In this document: positions 50,817-63,413 of the stretch, piece by piece
Numbering within the stretch: the first letter of the stretch is position 1
How the letters are laid out: the number at the start of each line of letters is the position of its first letter
Assembly: GCA_047495785.1 (NCBI GenBank)
Contig: JBLDXI010000074.1
Coordinates: 806,001 to 870,000 of the forward strand
Direction of reading: 5' to 3'
Source: Lepidodermella squamata
Taxonomy: Eukaryota; Animalia; Gastrotricha
Length of the DNA stretch: 64,000 bases
Notes under the pieces: generated by a model
Database searches by the model: none
What the model saw: only the letters and a program-made list of their open reading frames with translations
Told to the model about the DNA's origin: nothing
Position numbers and translations under genes: made by a program

Positions 50817-51862
50817 ATGAGCGCCATCAACGATTCAATAATCACTGACAAGGAAGTTGCAATCAAGCGTCTCATCTTGGTTGTTGGAACTACAGGCACA
50901 GGTAAATCGACCATTATCAACATGCTGCACAATCAGGACGTCAGTGTGGAAGCATGCCAAATGCCATGCAAAGTTGACTCGACCGCAAGGTCTGTGACCG
51001 AAAAGCCTCAATGGATTTTAATTGAGAAAATGAACACGCTTGTTGCCGATACAGTTGGTTTTGGGGATAGTGGATCTCCACATTCTGACGTGAAATCGAA
51101 TTTGTCAACGTTTATGAAAAGGGCAAGACTCGGCTTTCATGGCGTTATCATAGTGATGAAATCTGGCCGCGTTGTAAAGGAGGTACGATTGAATTTGGCT
51201 CTCATCGAATCCATGTTCGATCATCAATGGGCCTCCAACTGCATTGTTGTTGCTACGCATTACGATGGGAAAATGGATGAGGAGTCTCAAAAGCAATCTA
51301 TAACCGATTGGCTTAAAGGTAATAACATCAAGCTTTCGAATCCATCACTTTATACAATCATGTAAGGGCAGGAGATCCCGTAATGTTGCAGTTCTTCGAA
51401 AGACTTGGCAATCGATTGATCCTCGCCGACAATGGATTGGGCAGATATGCTCAGAAGAATGAACCTATTCGTAGAAATTGCCTCACCAAGCTGAACAGCT
51501 TCATCAACAACTGTCAAACCAAGTTTTTTCCTGCGCCGGAAGGTCTCGCCGAAACTTTGCAGAGCATTCTGAGTAAATATTTGGAGATGTACACCAGCAC
51601 TACATCGCAGGAGCTAAAAAAGAGGGCGGCAGAGGCCCTCGAGTGCATTGGCAAAGAAGCTGGCTTGTCAGTTGGCAATTGCGGCTTATGTAAAAAAGAC
51701 ATAGGCGTTGAACAATGGGGACAGGCAACATGTCACCATTCGTTTCATTACTCCTGCGTTTCGGACAAGCTGCGCCAAGGAGAGCGCAACTGCCAGATTT
51801 GCGAGCAGTCGATAAGGAATGTCTTTCGGCCTAAATTGCAAGCCGATCTAGTTGAAAGTTGA
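50817..51862 (+). CDS. GTPase + RING-H2 subfamily A copy 3; exons 50817-51318 and 51372-51862
   Basis: GTTGTGKS, DTVG, SGRVV, VATHY, RING CGLC...CHHSFHYSC...CQIC. 53-bp intron nearly identical to that of A2. Confidence 0.9.
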
Positions 51863-53138
51863 AAGTTGAACTTAACTTCAATAAATCAGTGCTCTCGAGC
51901 GAACGTTCCAGTATGCAATAGGTTTGAAAGAAGCATGAAACAAGTCACCACTATACCATTGATAACTGATTATCGATTTTTATCAAATTAAAAATTATCT
52001 TTATGAAACTAACTTCATAGCACTGCTGAATTGTTTAACATCGCGCCTGTGCAAAACATCTGAGTGTTGCCAATCGTCAAACAACGCGTCAAACAAGCGT
52101 CAACGAACTGTTGAACGCTCCTATGCGCTTTTCAAACAAATTATAACCTCCATCGTAGCTCTGTTCATCGTCACTGTCCTTGCTTTTTCACCATTTCACC
52201 ACCGAGTCGCGTACGACCAAAACGCGGAACTCGCTCAGCTCATCAGGTTCAAGTTGTTGTTGTTGCCGTCATGTCCGCCGTCGCAACCAACGCAACTGAC
52301 AGGGTCGTATTCATCGCCAGCTCTGATTTCACCAACAACTCTGCCCAGTCCATCGCCAATTAGAGCCAGACCAAATCAACAAGGCATTGCCAGGAACCTT
52401 CATCCGAACTTCGCGGCAAAGCCGCCTCCTTCGGCAAAAGCCATAACTGTGGAACCTAGGCCGGAAAATAAGCTTTGATTAAAAATCGGAAAGCAGTGAA
52501 ACAGTTGTTGAACGAGTCGATTGAACCGTTCAGATGAGATAATAGCTTACCATAAGAAGAGGCCTTGCCAGCCCAACAGCTTCTTTCCCATAGTTCCGGT
52601 CAACACACGATGGGGCGTCAACGATTTTCAAGCCTTGCCAGCCGATCCTCGGAAATGAATCACATGCATCATCTGAAAGCAAAAAATAGGTCAACTACAA
52701 AAATTAAAAGGTCAAAGCTTACAATCGAATGCCAATCGAATGCCAAGTTCGCTCAACCTTCGAATGGCAAGAAAAGTAGCACGGAAAAACTCGTAACTTG
52801 AGTACAACTCTGATTACCAGAGCGAAAGACGTAGTGTAATCGGAACTTGAAACGGCTCAAAATTCGCTGGGTTTCCTGCTAAAACTAAATCAAGATGCGA
52901 CGGTTTAAACTTCGGAGAAATTACCAAGAGAATTCTTAATGCGCCTCGGCATGCACATCTTATTGATGGCCAATTTAAATGAACTCACAGAACAATTCTG
53001 AAAATAGACAACAGAAATTAATCAATCGCCATAGACAACGCGAAAATATGGAAAATAATAACGTAAAGCTTTCTGGCTAGCAAACGTAATTTTTGAATGT
53101 TATGAAAGAATGTCGACGACAAGCGAATAAAGTAATAA

Positions 53139-53404
53139 TGATGGGTGTGATCGAAGCAAGCAGTTTAGCATCGGTTTAACTATAAGTTAACTACTAGTTA
53201 AACCTAACCTAATCGCAACTTAACCTTAAGTTTAACCGATAACCTGTGATCGACAATTTAGTTACGGTAAATCTAATCCTAAACTAAAGTTAACTAGTAG
53301 TTAACTAGTAGTTAACGTTCGATCACATGGCATTTGGTTAATTTATCGTAAACTTTTAGTTAACTTGAGTTTAACTGCTAGTTATTTTTCGATCACACCC
53401 ATCA
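53139..53404. mobile_element. MITE with tagttaac internal sub-repeats
   Basis: TIR tgatgggtgtgatcgaa / ttcgatcacacccatca and many agttaact palindromes inside. Confidence 0.65.
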
Positions 53405-55912
53405 ATGAGCAACGTGTCTTGCAAGTGCGCGCGTGCAAATGTTTTTATTACCCCCTAATAATGCGCACCGCCGACCCAAAAATGCGTAAAGGCCGTGGCA
53501 CATAACGACCCTCGACAGACGTGGCAGTTTTTACAATAAGAAGTAAAGAATTTGCTGAAGGCATGGCAGATTTAAATGAACAAATGACGTGTGAAGCCTA
53601 CGAATTTTTCAACCCATAGTTGTAATTTAAAACCCGGTTGAGATAAAGAAGGGTGAAAGGAGGCTATAATTAGTCGTTGGGTGGGTTGCCAGAAATAAAA
53701 ACAAATGGCTTCATGCTTTGTTTGAGAAGAAAACCTGTCGTTTAGTTTTTTCAGCGATTTGGCACGCGACTGATTTGGCGCAGAAGCAAAGATGCATAGT
53801 TTTTCGCCATTTGTTTCTATTTTAGGCGACTCGTTCTGGCGCCTAACCCACGACAATTAGATGATCGTAAAGACTAAGAATTTCTTCTTCCAAATAAGGA
53901 GAAAAGTGCAAAATTCGAACATGAATCATTCAAATGTTGTAAAAATTACCATTAAGGTGGATCTTTTGAAATTATGCAAATAGATCTTAAAATGCATCCC
54001 CGCTATCGACACGCCCCAGTTTGGAGTCACCATTTTCTGGACCCGGAAAACAATTAGTTTAAACTTTTTGAAATTTGGCGTTGATATCATCGTGACACCG
54101 TTGATATGACCAGTAGCTCACCCTTACGTCTCCACCAATGTCACCGGCGTTCGACTGGGTTATCGTGTTTCTGATTCTTATCTCGCCGATTCGCTAAGTT
54201 TTGTGATTCAGGTCTATGATGACCCGAGATTGATAGGCCCAGCATAGCAGCCCTAGACCAGCCCTTCTCTCTGGCCCTTTCATACAACAAATAATTTGGG
54301 TGAGTACAAATCTGTCGCCCAAAATTAAATAAGTGCGCCACAGTTCTGTGCGCGCAGGTTGCGTAATCCGCGCCCACGTTCACGCAACGTCGCGCTACAG
54401 CACGTCAAGCCGCGCGCATATTAAAATACGTCGCACCTTAAAATAAATAATTGATATAGTATATTAATTGGAAAAACCTAAAAAGCGCCCGAATTGAGAG
54501 CGCAGTGCTCTAATTTGGTCGTTCATTAGCTGCTTTTCAATTATCAAAGGCGACGTTGCTCCGCCCAGAATTTTCGAGTTTTTGCGCCAAAATTATGATT
54601 TATTTCCCTTCAAATGTATCACAAGATCCGAACTGGGGTGTAGATTCGACCCCAACTTTCTCGATTTATCCCTCAAAAATCGAAAATAAATAACGGTAAC
54701 GGTGAAACGTCGACGATTGCGACGTGGGCTTGCAAATCCGTTAAGGAGCCTTGTGCCAGAGCTTTCAAGTCCGCCATGATAAATTCTTTCGATGAACACC
54801 GTAAATGACCAGTTAAGAGACTCGATTATTCCACGAACAACGACGGGAATTTAAGGCGTTAAGAATGTTTAGCAAAAAAAGCTGACAGTCATCGAGCCAC
54901 GCGATCTCATGCCGCACATTTGCATGAGAAGACCAGCGAGAAAACTGAGACATTCTGAAGTGGATTGATTGAAATAATTTCTTTGTTCCAGAATAAATTC
55001 TCCAACGAGCTGCTGGTTACTATTTCTTCGAACGGTCACTTTACCATAGGTCTATTCAGCAATTTCCGTATTTGAAATTGATTAATTTTGGTCAATTTTT
55101 TAACGAGAATTATTTTTACTCATATTTATTCATTTTTGTTTGATATAAATGCTGACCTAGATGGGCTGACCTAGACCGCTAAGTGGGTCAGGTCACTCAA
55201 ATAAAGAGCCTGTCATTCGTTGACCGATTATTATCGAAAAGCCGGATCGCCGCTGAAATTACAACCGCCGCCATAATGACCCAGCCCTGTTTTTCGGTTC
55301 CTTTCTAAAACCGAATGACCCTCGGCGATTTTCCTGAACACGACCTTTGGCCTCTTAAAATTCAACCATGTTTTGTATGCAATTAAGATTTTTTTCTGAA
55401 AGACTTTCTGAGAATAGAATTAATAGAATTTTTCAATTATCCCTTGGCTGTGTTTTGGCGTGGCCAAGTTCGCCCGTGGCGAGCAAGTGAGATATTAGAC
55501 GATAAAGTGAAAGGTCACGCTTCCAACATCATGTAATAGGCTTGTGGTTGTGGTTGCGAGTTTTTGTGATAATAAACTTTGCGTCCTGGTCATTAAAAGC
55601 GCCACACGCAACGCGTGGAGATGGATGATACCTATAGGTTAATTACCGGCGCCGTCATTAAGTCGGCAATATACTTACTCTATGTACAACATGGCGACTG
55701 AAAAAACTATATAGCGATAGATAATGAAAAAAAGTCACAGTAATTAATGGCCACGCTAAAAATATGAGCTTGATATCTGTTTGCATTGTCTGAAAAACTG
55801 TGTAAGAAAACCTGTAATTTTTATTTCTTTTTTTTCTGAAAAATCTTGAATAAGGAAAAATCATAAAACTAACATAAAAACGTTCGCAACCAGAATATAT
55901 TTTTATTTTAGG

Positions 55913-57564
55913 ATGCATTTTCGAGAGGCTTTGCGTTACATCCTGCTTTTGCCTATTCTTGTACTGTGCGATGATCCGGCTTGCTTGAATATAGCAGTGA
56001 CCAGTCGGCAGCAATTCTGCTGCGGTGGAATAATTTATTACGACCCAAGGTTCCTCTACACCTGCTGCGATGGGAAACTATGCCAGCTCAACAGCCAAAC
56101 ACGCGTAAAAAATAGGAGATATTGAACTTTATTTTCATAATTTTTAATTTTTTTTCTGAATTTTATTTTTGCGATTTAAGGATTCTCCGGATCCTACGAT
56201 GAGGATTGTTGATTTGGAACGGGTAGCTATTCCACAGGCGGTTATATCGAATCAGCTGCCGTTCAATGCTCCGGCGCTGCAAATTCCTGGGATAAATCCG
56301 ATTTTTACGCTAATTCCAGCAACAACCACAACAACTACAACCACTCCTCAGCCAACCATCGTGAGTCAGTTTGTGAAATATGTGTGATCTGTGATATTCA
56401 TAATCCAGTTCCTACCTTCTTTTAATCATCTTCGTTTTACAGTTCCGTAAGCCTTCCTCTGATCCTAAGTGAATTTATATTCCTTTACCTATGCCTATCT
56501 ATTTTCCTATTCCAATTCTATTGCTATATCCTATCATCCTAGCTTCAATAATTTCTCTTCGCATATTCCTATTTCAAGTCCTAATTCCTATTATTCTTGC
56601 TCAAATCCCATCACTCTTCCTAGTTCTATTATTCCTAGTTCCTACTCCTATCTTTCCTTTCCTTTCCTTTCCTTTCCTTTCCTTTCCTTTCCTTTCCTTT
56701 CCTTTCCTTTCCTTTCCTTTCCTTTCCTTTCCTTTCCTTTCCTTTCCTTTCTTTCCTTTCCTACTTTACTTGTGTCCAGTCTCTGATATTTCAATGGAAG
56801 TTCAATAATCTACAGCCATCCTAATTTTTCCCAGTTGTGTAATGGAGCTGATTTAATAAAACTCAAACGCATCCAGCCAACTCTTGAATGTTGTGCGGGG
56901 AAAGTTATCTACGACACGCGCTATTACACCTGTGGCGAGCGAATCGTCGATCAGTTCGACCTACCATCACAGTCTCAGCCCGCCCCAGGCCCGCAACTTC
57001 CAACATCATTCGTGCCCATGCTATGCGAGCAAAAGTCGTTCTACATCGATCCGAGAATTTTCAGTTTTTACAAGTGCTGTGGCAATGACGTTTTCGATAG
57101 GCGAGCTGAAGCGTGTCAACAGTCGTACCGTGTGGTCTATGAACCTACTGGAACTTACAGGGTGACACAACCAGGTAAATTATCCTAAAAATTCAAGAAA
57201 ATAGGTTATAAAAATTGGAATTACTGGAAATTGAAACAATTATAATATAATTTTTCCAACCAAAATCGACATTAAAATTATTTTAAAATGTGAACTTCTC
57301 AATTTTAGGTTTTAACATTACTGAAAAATTTGAAAAATTGAAATTTTCCCAGCAAATATAATTGACACTATAAAATCCTTTACAATTTAAGCGTTTCAAT
57401 GATAATCATTTTAACGTAGCTTTCCTCGAAAGTTTTGTTTGTTTCATTTATTTTGAACTAATTGTCCAGATCCTAATAATCCGGCGACGCGATCGGTGCT
57501 CATGTGTGGCTCATCCAAGTACATTTTCGCCGATTCCGACACCGCTAGCCGATACCGCTGTTGA
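55913..57564 (+). CDS. Secreted galaxin-like Cys-rich repeat protein 1; exons 55913-56104, 56181-56360, 56835-57174, 57470-57564
   Basis: Signal peptide; di-cysteine repeats CCGGIIYYDPRFLYTCCDG, CCAGKVIYDTRYYTCG, CCGNDVFDRRAEAC; Thr-rich linker; in-phase junctions. Confidence 0.75.
56652..56762. repeat. (TTTCC)n microsatellite in an intron
   Basis: About 20 tandem tttcc units. Confidence 0.95.
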
Positions 57565-58140
57565 TCGAAATCTAACAAATTATACGGCCCTATTTTTTCA
57601 GTCGACGGAAATGATGCAGATTTTGAATAAAATAAACCATTTTTTATGTCTTGAAATTAATTTTCATTTTTTTATACGGCAAGTGGTGAAACATTGAATG
57701 CGAGCTGATGTGATGATACGAAGGATTAAAATCTCCCACACATTCATAGCCGCTGTAATATATACTTCAAATAAAATAATTAGGCTGACAGGTAATGTGG
57801 CTGTTGGGGCAACAAAAAAAGATGCGCGGCTCCTCGCACGCGCGCATCAATATTGTCGCCTTAATAAGTGAGAGGCTTTTGCTATAATAATAATATTAAT
57901 TTTTTCAAAGGTAATTAGATTAGCAGATCATATGCATAACACAACACTCAGGTATCTTACACGAATTTTTTGTTTATTTTAAAAATTCATACTTAATAGC
58001 CACAGGTGAGAAAGGTCAAGGTAGTTTTTTATATTGACGATTGTGGATTTTTTATTGTGCAGTAATTTCTAGTCATTAAAGCTCGTTAATTTCATTGACA
58101 TACGTGAAAAGTTTTGTCTTTGGTAATAGGTTGGTATAAA

Positions 58141-60849
58141 ATGCGTTTTATATTGGCGTCAGTCTTTTTGACATGGGTTATTCTCGACATTTCCAAAGCA
58201 ACGGATCCATCCTGTGTCAACGTTGTAATCGCTAATCGGCAGCAATTTTGCTGTGGTGGGGTTGTTTATTACGATCCGTTGCTGACTTACACCTGCTGCG
58301 ATGGGCGGTTATGCCGATACGATACGAGTGGAGGTGGTGGAAGGGTAATATTCGAAAATCGACCATGTTTATCAATCGATTTTTTGGCAATCATTTAGAT
58401 ACCGTTACCGACGCCACCTCCTGAACCAATCGAGGTAACTAACAATTTTGCATTTTTTAATTTGTAACGGTGATAAAATTCGGTGGGAGTGAAATTTTAC
58501 TCATTATGCAAATTTAAAAATTGAAAATAATTTTATACAAAATCCAGGGAAATTTACGACATGACCGGATTGGTTTCAATTTCGATTTCAGATCAGCCTC
58601 TCAAGTCAATCCAAGCTTCAAAAACATTTCATAAATTTTAACAATAACAACTTGAGTTTGGCTCCTTTAGCACTGCGCCAGAAGTGGGATTGGGGATTGG
58701 GTGGGATTTTTTTTTGCATTTCTTGCGCTTTCTTACATTTGGGTTTAGGCTTGAAGCTCGATACGCGAGACTAATGAAGTTTCGATAATTCCTGGTATCA
58801 TTATTTGAGTCTATTTATTTAATCCTCCTTCAAACTTCAATACTTTTATATACTGTGAAGGAGTAACTTGGTCAGAACATTCAACCCTTTGCCAATTTAT
58901 ACTTGACAAAAACTAATTTTTCTACCTAAATTGTTAGCAAGGACATTCCTTGGCTCCTACAGCGTGTCCCATAAGCTGCGTGACCATTCCTTAATTTCTC
59001 AACTTTTGCAGGAAATTCAATCAATTTTTTTTGAAGGTAAACCTACCGGGATAATCTTCCTTTATATATCCTTTATTCGCGATTTCACCGAAGAAATTGA
59101 AAGTTACCGGAGAAAACCCGGAAAACCCCGATGGTTACTCATTTGGTAATTCTGGGTATTTTACCCGGTTTTACCCAGTCTACAATTTTTCCGGCCATGA
59201 GATATGACTTCGTTTCTCATTTTGTAGTTTCTGAACCCTTCTTTGTTTATTGTCTTTGTTTGCCTTACTTGTGGGACACACTGGAACCTTACTCCTTTGG
59301 ATAAGTACTTTTTCCTTTCACATCGATTAGCATAGGCCTCGAAAAATGTGGGCACTGCAATTTCCGAATTCAAGGACCTTGAAGCAGTGACGTTTTCATA
59401 AGCGAATTTCTTTCGGCAGTTTGGAAATTTATTTCACGGTGAAGTCGGTGAAAACGTGAAAAATGTGAATTTATGAAAAAAAATCTGAAAAAATCGAAAA
59501 TTAGGATATTTTCAATTATAATTTAGATGGTCCGACTGAATTATGCCGATTTTTCTCCTTGGTTTTTGGCTTTGTTAATTTGAATATTTCCTATAGCTCT
59601 GCAACGGCGTTGACATGGTTAAACTGCGCAAAATCAAGTCGAGCCTCGACTGCTGCGGCGGGACAATTGTCTACGACACGCGTTATTACACGTGCGGCGA
59701 CCGAGCCGCCCCCGTCGAACAGCCGCCCATCATCGACATAACGCTATTCCCACCAATTGTCACTACAACAACCCCTATGACCACGACTACAACGGGTTAT
59801 ACCCTGCGAAATGTCGAGCGGACATTCACGCCGATGAGGTGCGACCAGAAGACGTACTACGTCGATCCGAGGCTCGCGTCGTTCTACAAGTGCTGCAGTG
59901 CGACTGTGTATGACACGCGGTCCGAAGCTTGCCAGCAGTCGTATCGCATTGTCTACCAGCCGACTGGAACTTACCGAGTCACTCAATCAGGTGAGCGAAA
60001 TAATAATGACGAGACACTAAATTTAGGATTCCAACACAAAAGTTATATCCGAAATATGGGCTTTCAAGTTTTACTTCTTCCTCTCGAAATATCGAAACTG
60101 ACTTGTTTTGAGAATTTCTCTTCATATTTTTCAGAGCAGACCCAGTCTTGCTCGGGATGATCGAAAAATCAAGCAAGTAGTTCAAAATGGTCATATAAGT
60201 TTAGTGGATTATTAAGACTTCGAGTGTAAAAATTGAAATCAAAATTGTTGTAAGCACGGTCGCGAAGAGTGCGTGCGCTCAAGTTCGCGTGAAAAAACTG
60301 TTTGTAAAAAAAACCGTAGCGAAATCTCTCCAATGTACAACTTTTTTGGTTTTTTTAATAGGTTTTATAACAGCCGCAATCTACAATAGCATAAATGAGG
60401 GTCCGCCTGTAGTTTTTGCATGGCATCCACCTGGATTTAAGAAATTGAGAGAAATTGCACAGTTTTTCATAATTTTTCAAAATTAGACTCGAGGGTCGAA
60501 AAAATGAGATGCCTTTCCGTATGTTAATCAGCGTCTAAAATTGTCCATTGCCGAAATTCAGATAATATCGTTGATGTCACCGAAATTGTTTAGATAACTC
60601 GAGAATCACCTTGCAAACCTCCGTATGAAATGATGAAGGGAAATATTTAAAGTTAAAGAAATCGGGATATTGTTTTTACTGGCGTAACTTCGAACTATTT
60701 AAATTTCATCTGTTTTGAATGTTACGTTTTTTCTTTCTTTCATTTCAGACGCAAATGCACCTGCTCAAAGGTCGATTCTTGACTGCGGCAATTCAAACTA
60801 CGTGTTCACTGACGCGGAAACATCGGCAAGATATACTTGCTCAACTTGA
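58141..60849 (+). CDS. Secreted galaxin-like Cys-rich repeat protein 2; exons 58141-58344, 58399-58434, 59597-59990, 60749-60849
   Basis: Tandem paralog of 55913-57564 with the same intron positions (RQQFCCGG, YDTRYYTCG, EACQQSYR.VY.PTGTYRVTQ). Confidence 0.75.
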
Positions 60850-61094
60850 CCTCGCTTCTCATCATCGATGACCTACTTCTGTTTATTAGTTTCATAATTT
60901 TTTATATTACACAGGAATTTTAAGTAATAATTTTGCAATATTATTATATATTTTATGTCACACGGCGAGTCCGGTGTATGACTATGATTGCAAGAAATTA
61001 TTCATAAAAAATAGATTTATTATTTTCCTGAATCAATAAAAAATAATTGAGTGATTTTTCGATATTTTTTGGAATTTTTTATCTGTCCGATTTT

Positions 61095-62099
61095 TCAACT
61101 TGAAGGCTCAGCCACGCTTAAAACTTTAAAATCCTCAACTTCATGCGATTTGCCCTTGTAGCCCATGACCGCCTTCAGATCGCCATCGCGCAATTTGCAG
61201 ACCAGTAAAACAGCGCCTTTCGGGTTCGAACCAGGCGGCAGTGCCCGGCCGGCATACAGCGTCTCTTGTTTGTTCGAACTGCTGATGCGGAGACCGCATT
61301 TGATGGCCAGTTTCGGCAGTGAGTAGTCGGACGACGGCGGCGCCCAGTGGACGTGTAGTGAATTTGGCATGGTGTTTACGAGCACTTCGTACCGCGAGTC
61401 GGAAATTTCGGCACCGTCAAATGCGCCGAAGCAAGCTTTCTTAGACGGAATAATAGTACCTATAAAAATAAATAAACTAGTTTAATTACCGTACGACCCG
61501 AGAGGTAATTTCAGGTTGCTCAGCTTTCTAGTTTAGTCCCTTGATTCGAGGCATGAATTTTGAATCATAAAAAAATAAACACGAAATCGAATGGGATTGA
61601 AAAACCAAATCCGGAGAAAATAGTTAAAAACCGGGGAGAATACCAAAATTACCGATCGGGGTTTTCCGGGATTTCTCCGGTAAATTTTGAAAATCTTCCA
61701 TGTTCCATCCCTTCGATTATTAGTTATTAACTGATTAATCTAATTTTTAAACTATTAAGCTGATTAGCAATATTCGATATTCGATATTCGATATTTCGAA
61801 TTTTACCTGGTACAACGTCACCGCATTGCAAGCTGATACGACCGACGTAGTAGCTTTCGTTCTCAAGTTGGCACACCTCAACAGCTCCATTGGCTATTTC
61901 ACCATCACAGGCCTGAACCCACTTGAAGGCACTCAATATGCTCAGCGTATTCGATCGCTGCAGACTTCGCCTGCATAAGACAACATAGCAATGTTAGTAT
62001 AAATGTTCGAAAATCAAGATAAATTGAGTTTAATTAATTAAATAACTAATTAGTGAATGATAATCAATTCGATTTTACTCACCCTAAAATTAAAGCCAT
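61095..62099 (-). CDS. Divergent DM9-repeat protein 4; exons 62099-62083, 61970-61807, 61459-61095
   Basis: WVQACDGEIANGAVEV...YYVGRI...PGTIIPSKKACF...YEVLV and W...LYAGRA...FKVL. Confidence 0.8.
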
Positions 62100-62575
62100 T
62101 ATTGCTGGTCCAAACTCGGAGGAAAAATTACCCAGTTATGGCATGCGGGCCAAAAAATCGTATCAACTTCTAGAATAGACGCTATTCACTTCAGAAATGA
62201 GTTGGTATAAAAATAAAAAACTGATATCAGAACTTAATTTGGCGGTCAATGAAAAGCACCGGTTGCCGCGCAATCGCCGTACTTGAAACGCGCACCTATT
62301 CCCTTTCATGTAGATTATAGCCTCATTCACGGGTCATTCAAGCGTGACATGTCAATATCGCGGGTTGCGTGCCCTGCTAGCAGTGGGCCGGAAATAGAAG
62401 CAAATGACGTAATACTTTTGATGAGCAGAAAAAACTGGTGTTCTGGTGATCAATCACGCGACTGACTTGTGGACTGACTTGTGGGCAAATAATCTTCTAT
62501 TAATTTATATCCTTTATTAGTTAATCAAATAATTATAAATATTTTGTATAAATATTGGAGATATTTCCCGAAAAT

Positions 62576-63413
62576 TTAGTCCGCTATATGAAGAACTTTG
62601 AAGTCGCTGTTAATCTCCTGAACAGCGCCGTTGTAGGCCATAGTCGCTTTCAGCTCCCCGTCACGCACCTTGCACACGTAGTGGCTGTGGTACTTGTCGC
62701 CGGGCGGTCGAGCGTGACCTACGTATAAAACGTCATTGTTCGCCGCTTTCAGCCCGCCCTTGATTGAATGCTTCGGAACGGTGAAATCTGCCGATGGCGC
62801 CGACCAGTGCAGGCGGCAGTGCACAGGCTGGTGATTGACTAAAATTTCGTAATTCGAAGACTCGATGTATTTGCCGTTATAGGCGGCGATGCATAGCTTT
62901 TTTGAAGGAATCACGGTTCCTAGGTAAAATTAATAAATTAATTGATAAATTTTCAAAAACTACTAAAAATCAAACCTAAACCAAGAGTTTTATAACTTCG
63001 AAAAAATTGCAAAAATAATGATGAGGCTTTTCTAAATTAGAAAATGATGGATTTTAAAATTTAAAGGATATCTACCTGAATTTTTATAAATTACACTGAC
63101 CGCATTTTGAATATTTAAATGAATTAATAGACATAATTAATTTGTATTTGTAATATTTTGTTTACCTGGAATGATGTCCCCTGAATCTTGAAATGTGATA
63201 CGGCCGACGTAAAGTGGGCTTTCGTCTCCGATACGGCCGCACTCGACTGATCCTAAAGGTATGGGGCTGTCCTTGGACATCGGAGTCCAGTGAAGCTCCT
63301 CCATCAAACGATGCGTATTCATTCGATGGAGAGTCCTCGCTCCACCCCTGAGAAATGACAAGAAAATCAAATAATCTCACAATAGCAAAGTTTGCTCACG
63401 CTAGTAAAGACAT
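62576..63413 (-). CDS. Divergent DM9-repeat protein 5; exons 63413-63400, 63347-63166, 62919-62576
   Basis: WTPMSKDSPIPLGSVECG...LYVGRI...PGTVIPSKKLCIAAYNG...YEILV. Same exon structure as DM9-4. Confidence 0.8.

Noticed and set aside
52140-53070. Minus-strand series of plausible splice sites suggesting a multi-exon gene
   Set aside because: The largest candidate exon has stops in all three frames; possibly a pseudogene or lncRNA, but not supportable.
56469-56808. ORFs with FPFLS repeats
   Set aside because: Translation of the intronic (TTTCC)n microsatellite.
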